DNA of 62,643 nt, counting the filler, from Nemertoderma westbladi (taxonomy: Eukaryota; Animalia; Xenacoelomorpha): the NCBI GenBank assembly GCA_032718475.1. It is 3 parts of 3 records of this genome, joined end to end, with 100 filler letters (N's around TTAATTAATTAA, not from the genome) between each part and the next. Parts side by side here need not be neighbours in the genome. Positions count along the whole stretch, not along the records: positions 1 to 21,807 come from JAUCBJ010005166.1; 2 more parts are not named here. One strand, written 5' to 3'. The notes beneath the pieces were generated by a model. The model made no database searches. It was not told the origin of the DNA and was given only the letters and a program-made list of their open reading frames with translations. The translations under genes were made by a program, and so were the position numbers. Numbering within the stretch: position 1 is the stretch's first letter; every line of letters begins with the position of its first letter. Below are positions 1 to 12,599 of this stretch, in pieces.

Positions 1-2
1 AA

Positions 3-480
3 TTCGCCCTCTAGCGGCTGACTGTGGAACTGTAGACGACTCTACTACTCCGCAAAGATATAGCCTATGCTATAGTAGATGCCTACCAAGTTTCAGTCTA
101 AAAGGATTGTAAATAACAAAGTTGGAGGAGATGTTAACTTTCATACATTTCGCCCTCTAGCGGCAGACGCGGGTAATGTAGACAACTCTGCGCGACTCAG
201 TAAAGATATAGCCTATGCTGTAGTAGATGCCTACCAAGTTCAGTCTAAATGGATTATAAATAACAAAGTTGGAGAAGATGTTAACTCTCAGACATTTAGC
301 CCTCTAACGGTAGACTGGGGAACTGTGGACAACTCAGTGACTCCGGAGATATACAGCCTATGCTGCAGTATATAGCTACCAAGTTTCAGCTCAAAAGCAT
401 TAAAAACAACCCAATGAGATCAGGTTTTCACTATCGGACAATACGCCCTCTAGCGGCAGATGGGGGAACTTCAGACGGCT
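3..480 (+). repeat. ~147-bp tandem repeat (about 3.3 copies), probably internal array of a Helentron/Helitron-like non-autonomous element
   Basis: CGCCCTCTAGCGGC recurs at ~5, 151, 299 (variant) and 444; CTACCAAGTTTCAG recurs with the same period; related units at 49015-49100 (+) and 28050-28290 (-). Confidence 0.8.
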
Positions 481-1179
481 CTGAGTATTACGTTGCAACG
501 AGTTAGGGCGAGACCTATCTAACGAGCTATAGTAAGCGAGATTTCATCGAGATTAGATGTATAATATTAGATAAAATAATAATACAGTAAGTATTATAGG
601 CCTACAGAAATAATTATTTTACTTTTAATATTCATAACAGTAAAACAAAAATGTTATAAACCTCTCCTTCCATGCAGCCAATGATTGAGAAAGCAGAATT
701 ACTCTTGAGCAATTCGCAACAGACAACCCAAACCCACCCCAATCAACACTCCAGCCTGCTTGCTCCTTATCTGTGCCCAGCCAGCTAGCTGCGAGTTCGA
801 TAATTACCTTAACGTTGCTATGATACAGAAAAAAATCCTTCCCTATTCACTACAGCACTAAGAATAGGCCAATTCGATCGTGCTTGGCGAATATGACATA
901 TTTATACACTATTTGATTTTTAATCAATAAATAATCATACATATTTATATTAAACACTCGAATAAAATAAATACTTTGTGAGAATGGGACACGGCGAATC
1001 TACTCATGTTAATTTTATACCAGATGGGATAAATGTTACCCCTCTAAATAATTAATTACCGATAGAAGAACCGAAATAAATCGATACATTTCGCCCGAAC
1101 GAACACAAAATACGCATTCACGCAAGCAAACGCGTAAAATTAGCCTCGAGATTGCGATAGTTTACGTGCTCAGGACGAG

Positions 1180-1317
1180 AGCTTTCGATCGATGTATCAT
1201 TTGCTCAGATTGGTGCATGTGTGTCGGAGCATATAGCTTGGACAGACTCACAGACTCATAGACTCACAGACTCACAGACAGACAGAGGATATTTATATAT
1301 ATAGATAGATAGATAGA
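1180..1317 (+). mobile_element. 3' end of Helitron/Helentron-like non-autonomous element with (CAGACTCA)/(CAGA)n and TATATATATAGAT(AGAT)n
   Basis: Microsatellite followed by TTTATATATATAGAT resembles the ends of DINE-1/HINE-type elements; family assignment is inference. Confidence 0.45.
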
Positions 1318-2619
1318 TAACTATGCGAAGTTTCGAAACTGTGCGAGTAACTGTTGATACATCTATGTGGAGATGTGTGATATGTGGAGATGTGTGATAC
1401 AACGCCAACGCATCTTATGCCGATGTAGTAATATGGGTATTGAAATAATATTAAATCAATGTACACTCTTAAAGCTGCAGCGAAAAAATGTAGCTAATTT
1501 CCTAGGTTACATATAAAATAATAATATTATTTTTAAGAACATTAATTTTACTACTTTGCAAAAATTCAATTAAAAAATAACCAGACATATACATTGTGGA
1601 ATAAACTATTTCAGAAGCCTACAACAGCCATGCCATGGATTGTATTTATGTTATTATATCTGTCATTTACCTGAGATAGCAATCCATGTAGTAGTGAGTC
1701 GAACGGTTGTGTCGGCCGGCTGTTGCCATGCCTGGATTATAAACACAATTCAGTGATCTGGGCTGGAATAGCAATACTGGTTGCCTATTACAATTCCTCT
1801 CTGGTTAGTCTACAGCCACAACTCCCAGCAGCTAGCTCCACACCAGCAGAGACTTGACCAATAATGGGAAGGATTAAATTTGTACTCAATAATTGTGCCG
1901 TTTAATTACGTTTAGATCAATTAAAGACACATTTATTAAAGCAAATCACTTGAACTAATTAAAAACTATAATAGAATGGCGTATGTGGATTACATCTGTA
2001 TAATTTTTAAGTATAATTATTTAAATCTTATACTGTAAAACAATTAATTTCCTTTAAAAGGCAGGTTGAAAATGGTGTTTTCACCGTAATCAACTTTTCT
2101 AATTAACTGCTATTATCTTAGCTTCTCGAAGGCCACACGGAAATTCTACTTGGAAAATTTCTAAACTTTTGCCAAACAACATGTGTACCAAGTTTGGATA
2201 GATTTCATCAAAGATTGGCCGAGTTATTAACGTTTAAAATTGAATGCGACAGAACGACAGGTTGATTAATGGTACCACTACGCTAAGGCTCACTCACTTC
2301 GTGGCTCGCCCCACAGGTTGATTAATGGTACCACTACGCTAAGGCTCACTCACTTCGTGGCTCGCCCCACAATCCATGGCATGGCTGTTGTAGGCTTCTG
2401 AAATAGTTTATTCCACAATGTATGTCTGGTTATTTTTTAATTGAATTTTTGTAAAGTAGTAAAATTAATGTTCTTAAAAATAATATTATTTCAATACCCA
2501 TATTACTACATCGGCATAAGAAGATGCGTTGGCGTTGTATCACACATCTCCACATATCACACATCTCCACATAGATGTATCAACAGTTACTCGCACAGTT
2601 TCGAAACTTCGCATAGTTA
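1318..2619. repeat. Long inverted repeat: arms 1318-1643 and 2369-2619 around a ~725-bp element
   Basis: TAACTATGCGAAGTTTCGAAAC... (1318) is the reverse complement of ...GTTTCGAAACTTCGCATAGTTA (2619); near-identical except a ~70-bp indel. Confidence 0.9.
1641..2370 (+). mobile_element. Non-autonomous repeat, copy 1, ending CGTGGCTCGCCCCACA (terminal ~55 bp tandemly duplicated)
   Basis: Near-identical second copy at 3140-3901; same terminus at ~4461 and ~49346. Confidence 0.75.
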
Positions 2620-2640
2620 TAACTGTATAAAGATCGTCAG

Positions 2641-2895
2641 TCTGCGTTTAGGAAAAATATTTTATGACAAGCGACGAGCGCAACGAGGCATATAATGAAG
2701 ACGAGTACTGCGTTGACTAAATTATTATATAAACCACCTGGCTTCACATATTGATCGCATCCCTAGTTATTCGTCCTAGCCTGCGTTTAAGAAATATATT
2801 TAAATACAAAACAGGACGAACGCAACGAGGCTTATAATGAAAACGAGTACTGCGTTTATTATATTCCTATAAACCACCTGGCTTTGCATATTGAA
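2641..2895 (+). repeat. Imperfect direct duplication (~140-bp period)
   Basis: CTGCGTTTA...CGCAACGAGGC.TATAATGA..ACGAGTACTGCGTT...TATAAACCACCTGGCTT occurs twice. Confidence 0.8.
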
Positions 2896-3139
2896 CGTGC
2901 GATTGGAAATAAGTTCGTGCTACCCTTCCGTGGGTGGTAGATGTCGCGGTTATGTATTGGTGGTTGGGAAGGGTGGGGGGGGGGGAGAGATTAAAAGGGG
3001 TGAACACGTACTGTCCCCCTTTCTTTGATTGATTGGTGGTGTGGGTAAATTTCTCAAAACCTGATTTTGTGATACAGTCGCTCAATTTTAATTTGTATCT
3101 CATAACTGGGCCTCGTGCCGCGCGAAGGCCCCACGAACG

Positions 3140-3901
3140 TGTATTTATGTTATTATATCTGTCATTTACCTGAGATAGCAATAGTAGTAGTAGTCGAACG
3201 GTTATGCAGCCCGTCCAGCCTATAATAAACACAATTCAGTGATAGTGATAATAATACAACACTTATAGTAGAGTCAATAGGAATTGGAATACAGGAAGGA
3301 TGTTGGGATGTTGGATTTAAAGAATGCTGTCTGGGCTGGAATAGCAATACTGGTTGCCTATTACAATTCCTCTCTGGTTAGTCTACAGCCACAACTCCCA
3401 GCGAGCTAGCTCCACACCAGCACAGACTTGACCAATAATGGGAAGGATTAAATTTGTACTCAATAATTGTGCCGTTTAATTACGTTTAGATCAATTAAAG
3501 ACACATTTATTAAAGCAAATCACTTGAACTAATTAAAAACTATAATAGAATGGCGTATGTGGATTACATCTGTATAATTTTTAAGTATAATTATTTAAAT
3601 CTTATACTGTAAAACAATTAATTTCCTTTAAAAGGCAGGTTGAAAATGGTGTTTTCACCGTAATCAACTTAATTAACTAATCAACTGCTATTATCTTAGC
3701 TTCTCGAAGGCCACACGGAAATTCTACTTGGAAAATTTCTAAACTTTTGCCAAACAACATGTGTACCAAGTTTGGATACATTTCATCAAAGATTGGCCGA
3801 GTTATTAACGTTTAAAATTGAACACGACAGAACGACAGAACGACAGGTTGATTAATGGTACCACTACGCTAAGGCTCACTCACTTCGTGGCTCGCCCCAC
3901 A
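3140..3901 (+). mobile_element. Non-autonomous repeat, copy 2
   Basis: Direct repeat of 1641-2370 with an extra ~70-bp segment near 3245-3330. Confidence 0.75.
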
Positions 3902-4019
3902 GTTAGGCCATGTCCTTGTGTGCTAGCCTAGGCACTGGTTTGGTCAATGACTTTAGCTTGCGTTGGCTAATGTACAACTTCAACAAATATTATTGGGCAC
4001 GGCTGCCCTTGCCATGCCT

Positions 4020-4333
4020 TAGGCTCTATGGGGGAGAATGGAATCAGCGTATGAATTTAAAATGTTAATTATGTTTAAATCAATGAAAAATACATTTATT
4101 AACGCAAATCACTTGAAAAAATAAAAAAATTATAATGGAATGGGGTACATGGATTCCAGATATCTAATTTATGTGCAAAATAACTTTAATCGTATGGTGT
4201 TAAATAGTTAATTTCCATGGAGAGACCGTTCAAAATGACTCAACCATACAATTTAGCTGAAGATATTAATTTAGATTATGGCTTCCGCCGACATTTATGG
4301 CTTCCGACACACACACACATACACACACACACA

Positions 4334-4364
<31 letters not shown>

Positions 4365-4461
4365 CCACACACACACACACACACACACAGACTTTTGAAA
4401 AACAACCATAGTATAATTATATCAGTTCGCTGATGGCTCGCCATTCGTGTCTCGCCCCACA
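4020..4461 (+). mobile_element. Diverged third copy of the same family containing a (CA)n microsatellite (4308-4389)
   Basis: ACACATTTATTAA.GCAAATCACTTGAA homology and terminus CGTGTCTCGCCCCACA. Confidence 0.6.
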
Positions 4462-4479
4462 AACCAGTATATGTAGTCC

Positions 4480-5660
4480 TACCCTTCTTAGGAGTTACTT
4501 CTACTTTACTTCAAAAGCGATTAAGAATTTTAACAAGTGCCTTTCCACAGTGCGATTTTAAATTCATTTTTAAGCCTGATTGTAGGTTGTCTGATATGTT
4601 ATCTTTTAAAGACCTACTGCCAGTCTCATTACGCTCACTCACCCTTTATAAATTCACATGTGGTAGCTGTTCCGCTACCTACATTGGCAAGTCAAAACGC
4701 CACTTTAAGGTGAGAGTATATGAGCACTTGGCTAAGTCGGTCCGGGCAGAGAAACCTGTTGATGGGTTATGTGCTATACTATATTAATATTTGGTCACAA
4801 CAGTAGTAGAGTAAATCAATATTGTGTGTGCATTACCAATAAACTCAAGTAAGCAAATTACATCCCACTTCCTACAATGGGATAATTCAGCTGGTATTAT
4901 ATTAAAGTGATACGTCAAATGGTGGTGGTTGAAAAGATTAATATATAACATATATTGTTGTAATTGTATGGTTATTCATTATGTCCAGTTTCCAGTTGTA
5001 ACTTAAAATTAAAGATTAAAATTATATTAATAATATGCATTAAAAGTTTATACTTTAATTATTTTGTACCTGCGGATAATTACCGCAAATATATCACCTG
5101 TCAAACCCCAATCATATTCCGCGGTCCGTGATCACGCTATAGAAACGGATCACCCAATCTGCTACACTGACTATAAACCAATAGGTAGAGCTGCATCTGA
5201 CTTCGACCTACTAATGAAAGGGAGTCTGTTAATAACAGAAACCAGACCGACACTTAACATACAGGATACATATTTTCCACTTTATTTGTTTTAGAATAAT
5301 TCCTGTATTGTAGGTTCATCTGTAGGTTTTTTCTAAATAGAGTTTTACTCTACGTCTAGCCTGTTACATTTTTGTATAGTTCTATTTGTACTGCTGGTGT
5401 ATATTGTAATGTGCCTACCTCTATATTTACTGTTATCATACTGTATCATTATTGATTCATCCCGTGTTTTTACCAACTTTAGAATTCAGCTTACTTGTTA
5501 TACCGTGTACTGGCCTAGTGTACTTTAGTATTTAGAATAATTTGTATTTTGTTTTACATATTCCATTGATATCCATTGATATTGATTCCAAATGACATAA
5601 GTAATATATCGAAACGTCTGGTTCAATTTAATTTTTAATTAATTTAATTTTCAATTTAAT
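4480..5660 (+). mobile_element. Penelope-like element 3' fragment (GIY-YIG endonuclease) interrupted by a solo LTR
   Basis: YKFTCGSCSATYIGKSKRHFKVRVYEHL and SAVRDH...LLMKGSLLI..RPTLN..FPLYLF; the halves join in frame (EKP-VKPQSYSAVRDH) when 4760-5096 plus one TSD is removed; hammerhead-like relic ...CGAAACGTC at ~5610. Confidence 0.85.
4760..5096. mobile_element. 337-bp insertion, likely solo LTR
   Basis: Termini TGAT...ATCA, 5-bp TSD CCTGT at 4755-4759 and 5097-5101. Confidence 0.75.
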
Positions 5661-6635
5661 TTAATTTTTCCTGTTGCACTTGCGCTACTATTCATACTCA
5701 GAATAGTATATTATTGTAGCTCTAGCCAATCAGGGAGCTAAATGACAGAACACATTGTTCTTTTCTTCACGATCACCATGTCCAAAAATCTGTCGAAAAA
5801 TGGAGACAAGAAAGAAGCTAATAGCTTCTTAATAACAATTGGTGGTGTGTTATTTTTGAGCCTCCACCCACACTATAGGGCATGCATGCGCATGGTGCTT
5901 GAAAATTTTACTGTTAAGATTTTGCTGTAAAATGTATATGTTTTTTTACATAATTATCAGGGTTTTCTTTCAATGCAATTTAAATGACCGCTTTGCCATT
6001 ATTGGTTTCAGAAAAAAAAATCTTCATGATAATTGAAATGTAATAATTGCTGATATGAACATTTTTATAAGGGTCTTCGATTCGATTCGAGTCGATTAGA
6101 TTCGAATGGGGAGTACTTTCAAAACATAAAACCGAAGGGAATGCAATTTTTGAGGGACACTTACTTGGTACGCCAATCAAATATTAATAAATTATTGCTG
6201 AAAACTTGGATGTTTATTGCAAATTGTTTTATGATTGATTATGATTTCTTTCTGTTTTTATGATTCTGAAAGTAGGCCTCCTTTTATTCTATTTAGCTTT
6301 AAAGAGGAAGAAAAATCAATACAATCAAAATCAAAAAGAAAAGAAAAGGCAAAATTTAGGACAAATTATTTTCCCTAAGGCATTGATTGGTTATTTGCCC
6401 TATGGCTGGTGTTTCAAATTAGCATTGACTGTATTTATTTAAAAACTACTAACTTGTTCTAGAAAAGTTTGATTTTTCCGAATAGTAGGGTTTGACAACT
6501 TTGTATATTTCCAAAATAATTTCCTGTTACTTTACTTTATTTTTACTGTCAACCAATTAATAAGCTATAATAATAATAAGCTAATAAGCATATTAATTCG
6601 CTAAGTTCATCAATTTATGTTCATTTATCTCATAG

Positions 6636-7138
6636 GACCCTGGCAACTGATTCAACGTAGGGTGGATGGGAACCAAGATTTCTACATTGGGTGGTCGTTT
6701 TATACAGCGGGATTTGGTAATGCCGAATCGAATCTGTGGCTCGGGTTGAACAACATCCACGAACTTACCTTATACGGAACCAAACTGAGAGTGGATCTCT
6801 GGTATAATGGGAATCACGTTTATGCTGATTATACTTCCTTTGTAGTGGAATCATCAACCACCAACTACAAGTTGGTCGTGTCAGGACATAGTGGAACAGT
6901 AGGCGACTCTTTAGGTGGACTCAGCGGTAACAGGTTCACAACCAAAGATCGCGACAATGATTCATACTTTATGAACTGCGCTCAATTGAAGCATGGGGCA
7001 TGGTGGTATGGGGCGTGCGCATCATCCAACCTCAATGGGATTTATGGTAGAGGAGGCCAGAATGGTCCGTTTTGGTACTCATATGACCATAGCTACCAGC
7101 CAGCTGATAAAGTGGAAATGAGTATTATAGTTGTATAA
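6636..7138 (+). CDS. Terminal exon of a fibrinogen C-terminal domain (FReD; ficolin/tenascin/FREP-like) protein
   Basis: WQLIQRRVDG..DFY..W..Y..GFG....WLGL..IHELT, FTTKDRDND, NCA..HGAWWYGAC.SNLNG; acceptor TCATAG at 6630-6635 (phase 1); stop 7136-7138; AATAAA at ~7391. Upstream exons not identified. Confidence 0.9.
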
Positions 7139-7529
7139 TAATATCATTATTACTTAAATGATTGTTAGATTGTCTTATACAGCCAAGGAATGCCTGCCTG
7201 TTCATTGTTCACCTCCATATATGAGCGGTCTTAATTTCGCTGATATTCTGTATTTCATGTCACGTATGTAATGAAAGTGTAGATGGCATCGATTTAAGGA
7301 AATTTTTGAGGTAAAAGTAACTCTCTTTATGTTTTAAAAAATTTAAATTGCATGTTCCATGTTATATGTTATATTAGAGCGAAGGGAAGAAATAAAATGG
7401 AAATCTCCGATCGAAGCGCAGAGACTTTAAGATAATCGGAAGATAATCTCTTTAAACTTATATTTATTTATTGGGGGAAACATGGTTCTAATCAGGTCAG
7501 GTATTCTAGGTCATTGATCAATAAAACTT

Positions 7530-8480
7530 GCCACCGCCATGCAGCATTAAGGAGGTGCCACCTGTAGCTGCATAGACCCGCTTACTAGGGTAAATCTGGT
7601 CCTGTAACTAGGACCCCCTTCGTTCTGGGATAAGGACGCCCTTGGTCCTGGATTAAGGACCCATATACTTGGCTGCAGGGGTATATGGCCTGGCCAGGCA
7701 GATGGTGATCTACCAATGGCTGGTCAGGAGTAGAGTGTTCTCATGTCCACTCTGAGTGCACTTCACTGCGACCTGCACCTGGCAGCAGGGGTACAGGGCA
7801 TGACCCAGCAGATGAGCCGCACAGCCAATGGTGGGTCATGTGCGCCAGAGTTGATATGGGTGATATGCCTCATATCTGACTCCATTGCGACACCCACCCT
7901 GTGGAATGGCAAACCAGGGTATGGTTTCTGACTCGGCAAAAAAGCACCCCCCAACCCCCACTTTGGATTACATTAGTAATGCGGAGGTCCAGCCACTAGA
8001 GGCCAGTGGAATGACTGGACACGATCGGCCTCACAGGCGTCAGTTATCTCCTGACCGGCTGCCTGTCTCACCCCCTACTGGAGAGAGAGCGGCAAACAAT
8101 TCTTTGAGTCCCTTTCGTGATGACCTTTCTGGCCCAAACCCTGGGTCACCAGGCAGGCCAGATTGTGAGGGGGAGAGGGATTCTGGAGTTGGAGGCTACT
8201 CTCATGTTCCACCCCGACCAACAAAGTCATTGGTGAATCTGAGGCAAGTCACTAGACTAGCCTCAGTAAACACCCTAACACTCGGGTCCCCAATGCGACA
8301 AGGTGAGCTGACTGCCTTGGCAGATAAGCTTTCTCTTAGCGCAGTGGGTGTTCAAGAGCACCGAATGCAGACTGGACAGACTGATGAGGTTCTGATTAAG
8401 GACATGGGGGGAGGTTGGCGACTCGCCCTCGCTTCAGCAGATGATAGTGGCAATGGTGGAATTGGTCTATTGATGAAGCG
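7530..8480 (+). mobile_element. 5' fragment of an RTE-like LINE (GC-richer 5' region plus start of APE endonuclease; ORF 7885-8499), truncated at a G-run
   Basis: RLASVNTLTL...AVGVQEHR...GNGGIGLLM match APE N-terminal motifs of RTE elements. Confidence 0.75.
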
Positions 8481-8659
8481 GGGGGGGGGGGGGGTATGAA
8501 TATTAAAATTGGCTTAGGCTATACAAATCGATCACACAAACATTAGTTAATATTAATAACAGTAATAATATAATACATTTAAAACTTGAATCTAAATAAA
8601 AATGAGCTTTCGATATTATTTATGTGGGTAAGGAAACTAATTACGAATTTTCAAGAACA

Positions 8660-9093
8660 TTAAGTAAAAAAACTTTACCGGTAGGTGTGTTAGTACCAAA
8701 GTATGTAAAAAACTAAAAAGCAACAAGACTTAGACGTTGCATGCAATCAGTAATCAGCAGACAGCAGCCAGCTGATCGGTAGGTTTCTCCCCGCAGCTGA
8801 AGGCATTCTCAGGAGGCCAAGCCAGGAAATGTAGAGAGAAATCACAAAGGGAGATGGAACTGGTATTGAAATTAAGAGAGAGGTCTGTACGGTAGGTACC
8901 TAACCACTGGGAAGCAGCACCACAAACTTGCGCCAATCACGTTGCTGCTTGTTGATTACGGGCTTGCATGTTTAAATGTAATACATTTCAAGCTTTTGCA
9001 TGATTGATTGCATGCAATGTCTCAGTCTTGTTGCTTTTTAGTTTTTTACATACTTTGGTACTAAAACATCTACCGGTAAGGTTTTTTACTTAA
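8660..9093. mobile_element. MITE/foldback element with ~95-bp terminal inverted repeats bounded by TTAA
   Basis: TTAAGTAAAAAAACTTTACCGGTAG...GCATGCAATCA vs TGATTGCATGC...CTACCGGTAAGGTTTTTTACTTAA. Confidence 0.8.
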
Positions 9094-9959
9094 CATGCGT
9101 GATAAATAAATAAATATAATTCGTAATTATTGGTTAATCAAGCTTCTACTTCAATTGAAACTAAGTACATGTGTACAGAGTTCTGGCACATGTTTTTGAC
9201 CCAACGGGTGATAAATGTGTTTCACCTTGGTGAAAAAGGTTTTTCAAGATATGATATTAGTTGCAATGCAATGTAAAGTATAGTTTCAAATACTTTCTGG
9301 AATTTTGTGAGTAGTGATATTGGTTGGTAGTTAGTAGTAGATGAAAGATCACCTTTAAGGGCTGGAATTCTTTTTGCAATTTTATCCTTATTACACCCCG
9401 TGGTTTTCTTGTTATAATGTAGGATTTGTATTTGAATGATTTGGAAACATTATAAATCAGTAAATCAATTTAATATAATTTAATTAAACTCAAGTTTATT
9501 ATCAGTATAAATAGATAGTTAATTCAATTTGTTTTCACAATAATCTAAAATGATAAAATTGAATTATTATCTCCCTTCTCCAATATCTCTCTCTCCTATA
9601 TAAATCTTACAATCCTACAAAGACTCACTAACCACAGCTGATACGCCTATACACAAACCTCAGTCATCTCATAATATTAATTAGTAATCAACGTACATAA
9701 TTATTGCATATACATAGCACATAGGTTATAGAGTCCACTACAATAACTCCGAAACAAACGCAGCTGGGAATATGAAATTTCACGACATCTCCTAAAAATA
9801 TATTGCCTTCAAAATATTGAAAACGGTTTTTAATAATATTTGGAACTTTTCGAGTTATATCAACATTTTTAAACCCTACCCTTGTCACTTCTTATGAGAT
9901 GTGTTTTGAAAATTGCATTTCATGATTATATCATCGCTATTTTTGAGTTAACCGCTTTT

Positions 9960-10460
9960 CTGGTATTCGCAATTCGGTGGAATTCATATAAAATATGGTC
10001 GAAATTTTAAACTTGTTTTTTTTTCGGCGGGTGCCAATTTTGTAAAATTATTGTTTGAACCTGTTTTTTGCGCAGGAAGTGTTTTCTGGGTTCTGGTTTT
10101 GATGGAATATATACTAGTTGCACCAGGCATATCAAACTTCTATTTTTCGGTGCAGTGTGAAATTTTGGTGCCAGCACGAAATTTTGAAAATTCATTCAAT
10201 AGTTAAATTGACTGTGACAACTTATTTCTCTTATTTAGAGGTATATTGGGGATCTGAATTCAATGGAATAAATAATTATTAAGTAGACATCTCAAACTTG
10301 TTTTTTTCGAAAATGGTTGCTAGAACCAAATTTTGAAACCCATCAAATATAGCAATTTAATGTATCACCTTGTTACTTGCGTTATACGGGTTTGTGAGGG
10401 TCCTGAATCAGATTGAATGAATATTAAAAAAGCAATGAACATCTCAAACTTGTACTTTTT
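9960..10460 (+). repeat. Dispersed repeat with an inverted homolog at ~19730-20390
   Basis: GTATCACCTTGTTACTTGCGTTATACGGGTTTGTGAGG (10362) matches the reverse complement of ~20290-20328. Confidence 0.55.
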
Positions 10461-10499
10461 GGTGTTGAGTAGGAAAATTAGGGCGTCAATAGCATTTGT

Positions 10500-11180
10500 A
10501 CAACAATTTAAAGCATTTATTTAGATATTAAAAGGGTTAGAGACGTTGGAAAATGTTCATTCATGACAATCACTTATTATTATTGGGGCAGCGATTTTCA
10601 TCGTCAGTAGAAGAAGTGTTGACCTTTAAGAGTAATAGATTGTAATGAATCTCTACTGGGGTAGTTTCTGATAACAGAAATGAGTTCGGTTTAGAATGAC
10701 GGATGTGCCGGCAGTGCAGAAGCTAAATTAGGGCAGATAGTACAGAAAAACTCATTAAATATCAAATAGCAATATCTTTAGGGTTAGTGAGCGAGATGTC
10801 ATTGCCATTGTTGTTGATATTTAAACGCTGCGTGTTTGGGGAAGGCGGTAACCTGTCTGTAGTTCTCCAGTCTGCCTCTAGGGGGCTTAATGTCAGAAAA
10901 TGAAAACCTTCTCCCATTTCGTTACTTATAATGCTTTTTAGCTGTTTATTGGCAGAGTCTACTACACCAAAGGCTGTATGTTTGTGAAGGACACTGTCCA
11001 GTCTGTCACAAGGGGGTGAAATAAGTGAAAGTGAAAGAAATGTCCGAAATGAAATCCTATTTTTTTGTTTATAACCTATTTGGATTTGCTTTGGTAGGTA
11101 TCTACTATACATTATAAGCCTTATTTTGTAGTAGCCCGCCAAGTAAATCTGCTTTAGTTTGAGAGAACACTGAGTCTTGT
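10500..11180 (-). pseudogene. Degenerate CR1-group LINE ORF2 fragment related to the element at 34350-37643
   Basis: Minus-strand translation ISLTNPKDIA / IFNEFFCTICPNLAS / PNSFLLSETTPVEIHYNLLLLKVNTSS parallels TLTDPKQIS / FNNHFSTVGSNLS / PQSFVLTETSPVEIQYHLLHIKTSSS. Confidence 0.7.
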
Positions 11181-11874
11181 GGCATTTTCTTTTAAGTTAC
11201 AGTAAATAATTAGTTAATTAATGTTTGAATTGTTGAACAAGTTTGTGTACTAGAAAGCTAGTTAGTATACTAGAAAGCTTTCTAGTATTGTTATAAATTT
11301 CATTGTGGTGCATCGCAATGGCTCAAAATTTCAACCCACTTGGGATCCGTCAAGATATCGATGAAATTTAGAAATTTTTTTTGCCTTAATTTTTTACCAT
11401 TTGGCAACTTTTGCACACCGGTAGAACATTGAAATCTAAAAAAAGTAAAAAACGCACCGCCCTAACGTACAGCCAGCTTTAAGGTTTCGATAAATTCTAG
11501 TGACCTGCAAGCTGCTCTATCTGGGGCGTCGTGGCCGGCAGGTGTGTCTGTGCGGGAATGGCGCTACTCTGGGGTTGTCTGCCAGTCTCGCAACATCGGC
11601 GGTTTCTAGAATTAATATAAAACCAGCTTATTTATCTCTTCTTCTTAATGCTAACTAATAATAATATATTTAATTAATCAATATAAAACGGCACCAAATT
11701 CCCACCACCTATCAGAACAATAAAATTAAAAATATATAAACAATCAGACCCGCACCATCCCCAAAGCCCAGCGCTCTCCATCATTTCTTCTTTTGGTTCT
11801 CAATTATTTTTTATTTTCGTATATAGCAATTGAAATATTTTGATGTAATTCCGACCCTAGCATCGACCCACTTA

Positions 11875-12560
11875 TATGTATGTATGTATGTGTTTATTGA
11901 CCTAATAATAACAACAAGTTTAACAAAACAGACAAATAAAACGCAACTAAAAGAGGTCCTACGAACAGTACTTAACCTGAAACATGAATATAAGTTAGTC
12001 AATATAAGGCAAGCGTGACAAAACACTGACGACACAAAATTTCTGAAGACAGATAGAGTGGAAATGGGACAGGGTGGGATACAGAGTATTATGAACAACA
12101 GATGATATATGAACATCAAGATAAAACACAATAGCGATACACAAGAAATACGAATAGCAAAAAAAACATAACGGTATAACTATTGAAATGGAAGAAATGT
12201 CAATGGCAGGAAAAAGAAGACAGTGAGATGTGCAAGAATGGTCGAAGCAACAAAGCAATACGATGTGTAGCGACACAAATGGACAAATGGAAAACAAAAC
12301 GTACGTGATTATTGTACTAACACAGAACGTGGGCAATAAGCGAGTGAAGACTGATGTCCATACTAACTGTCAATACATTTTAACAAAATAAATGTCTAAA
12401 CATAGAGCAGAATCAAAAGTCGATAATGCACAAAAATACAGACAAAAACGTCAACAAACATATTACAAACATTACAAAAACTAATTACAAAAACAGAACA
12501 GATAGCGGGGTGGGGGCAAGCCGGTCAAACAAATGTACTATAATTTACAACGCTCGGAGT
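11875..12560 (-). mobile_element. Probable LINE 3' UTR fragment with AATAAA and (CATA)n tail
   Basis: Reverse complement ends GTCAATAAACACATACATACATACATA; strongly strand-biased composition. Confidence 0.45.
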
Positions 12561-12599
12561 ACTAGATTTTAGATGGGTCTTTATACATGGGTCTACACC

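Noticed and set aside
7530-8480. RTE 5' fragment and RTE 3' fragment at 59782 as one split element
   Set aside because: Different contigs 51 kb apart and the 3' piece has its own candidate TSD.
11811-12336. Hydrophobic ORFs here and at 38111-38467 and 45941-46234
   Set aside because: T-rich LINE UTR or spacer sequence gives short Phe/Leu/Val-rich ORFs; not linked to any domain.
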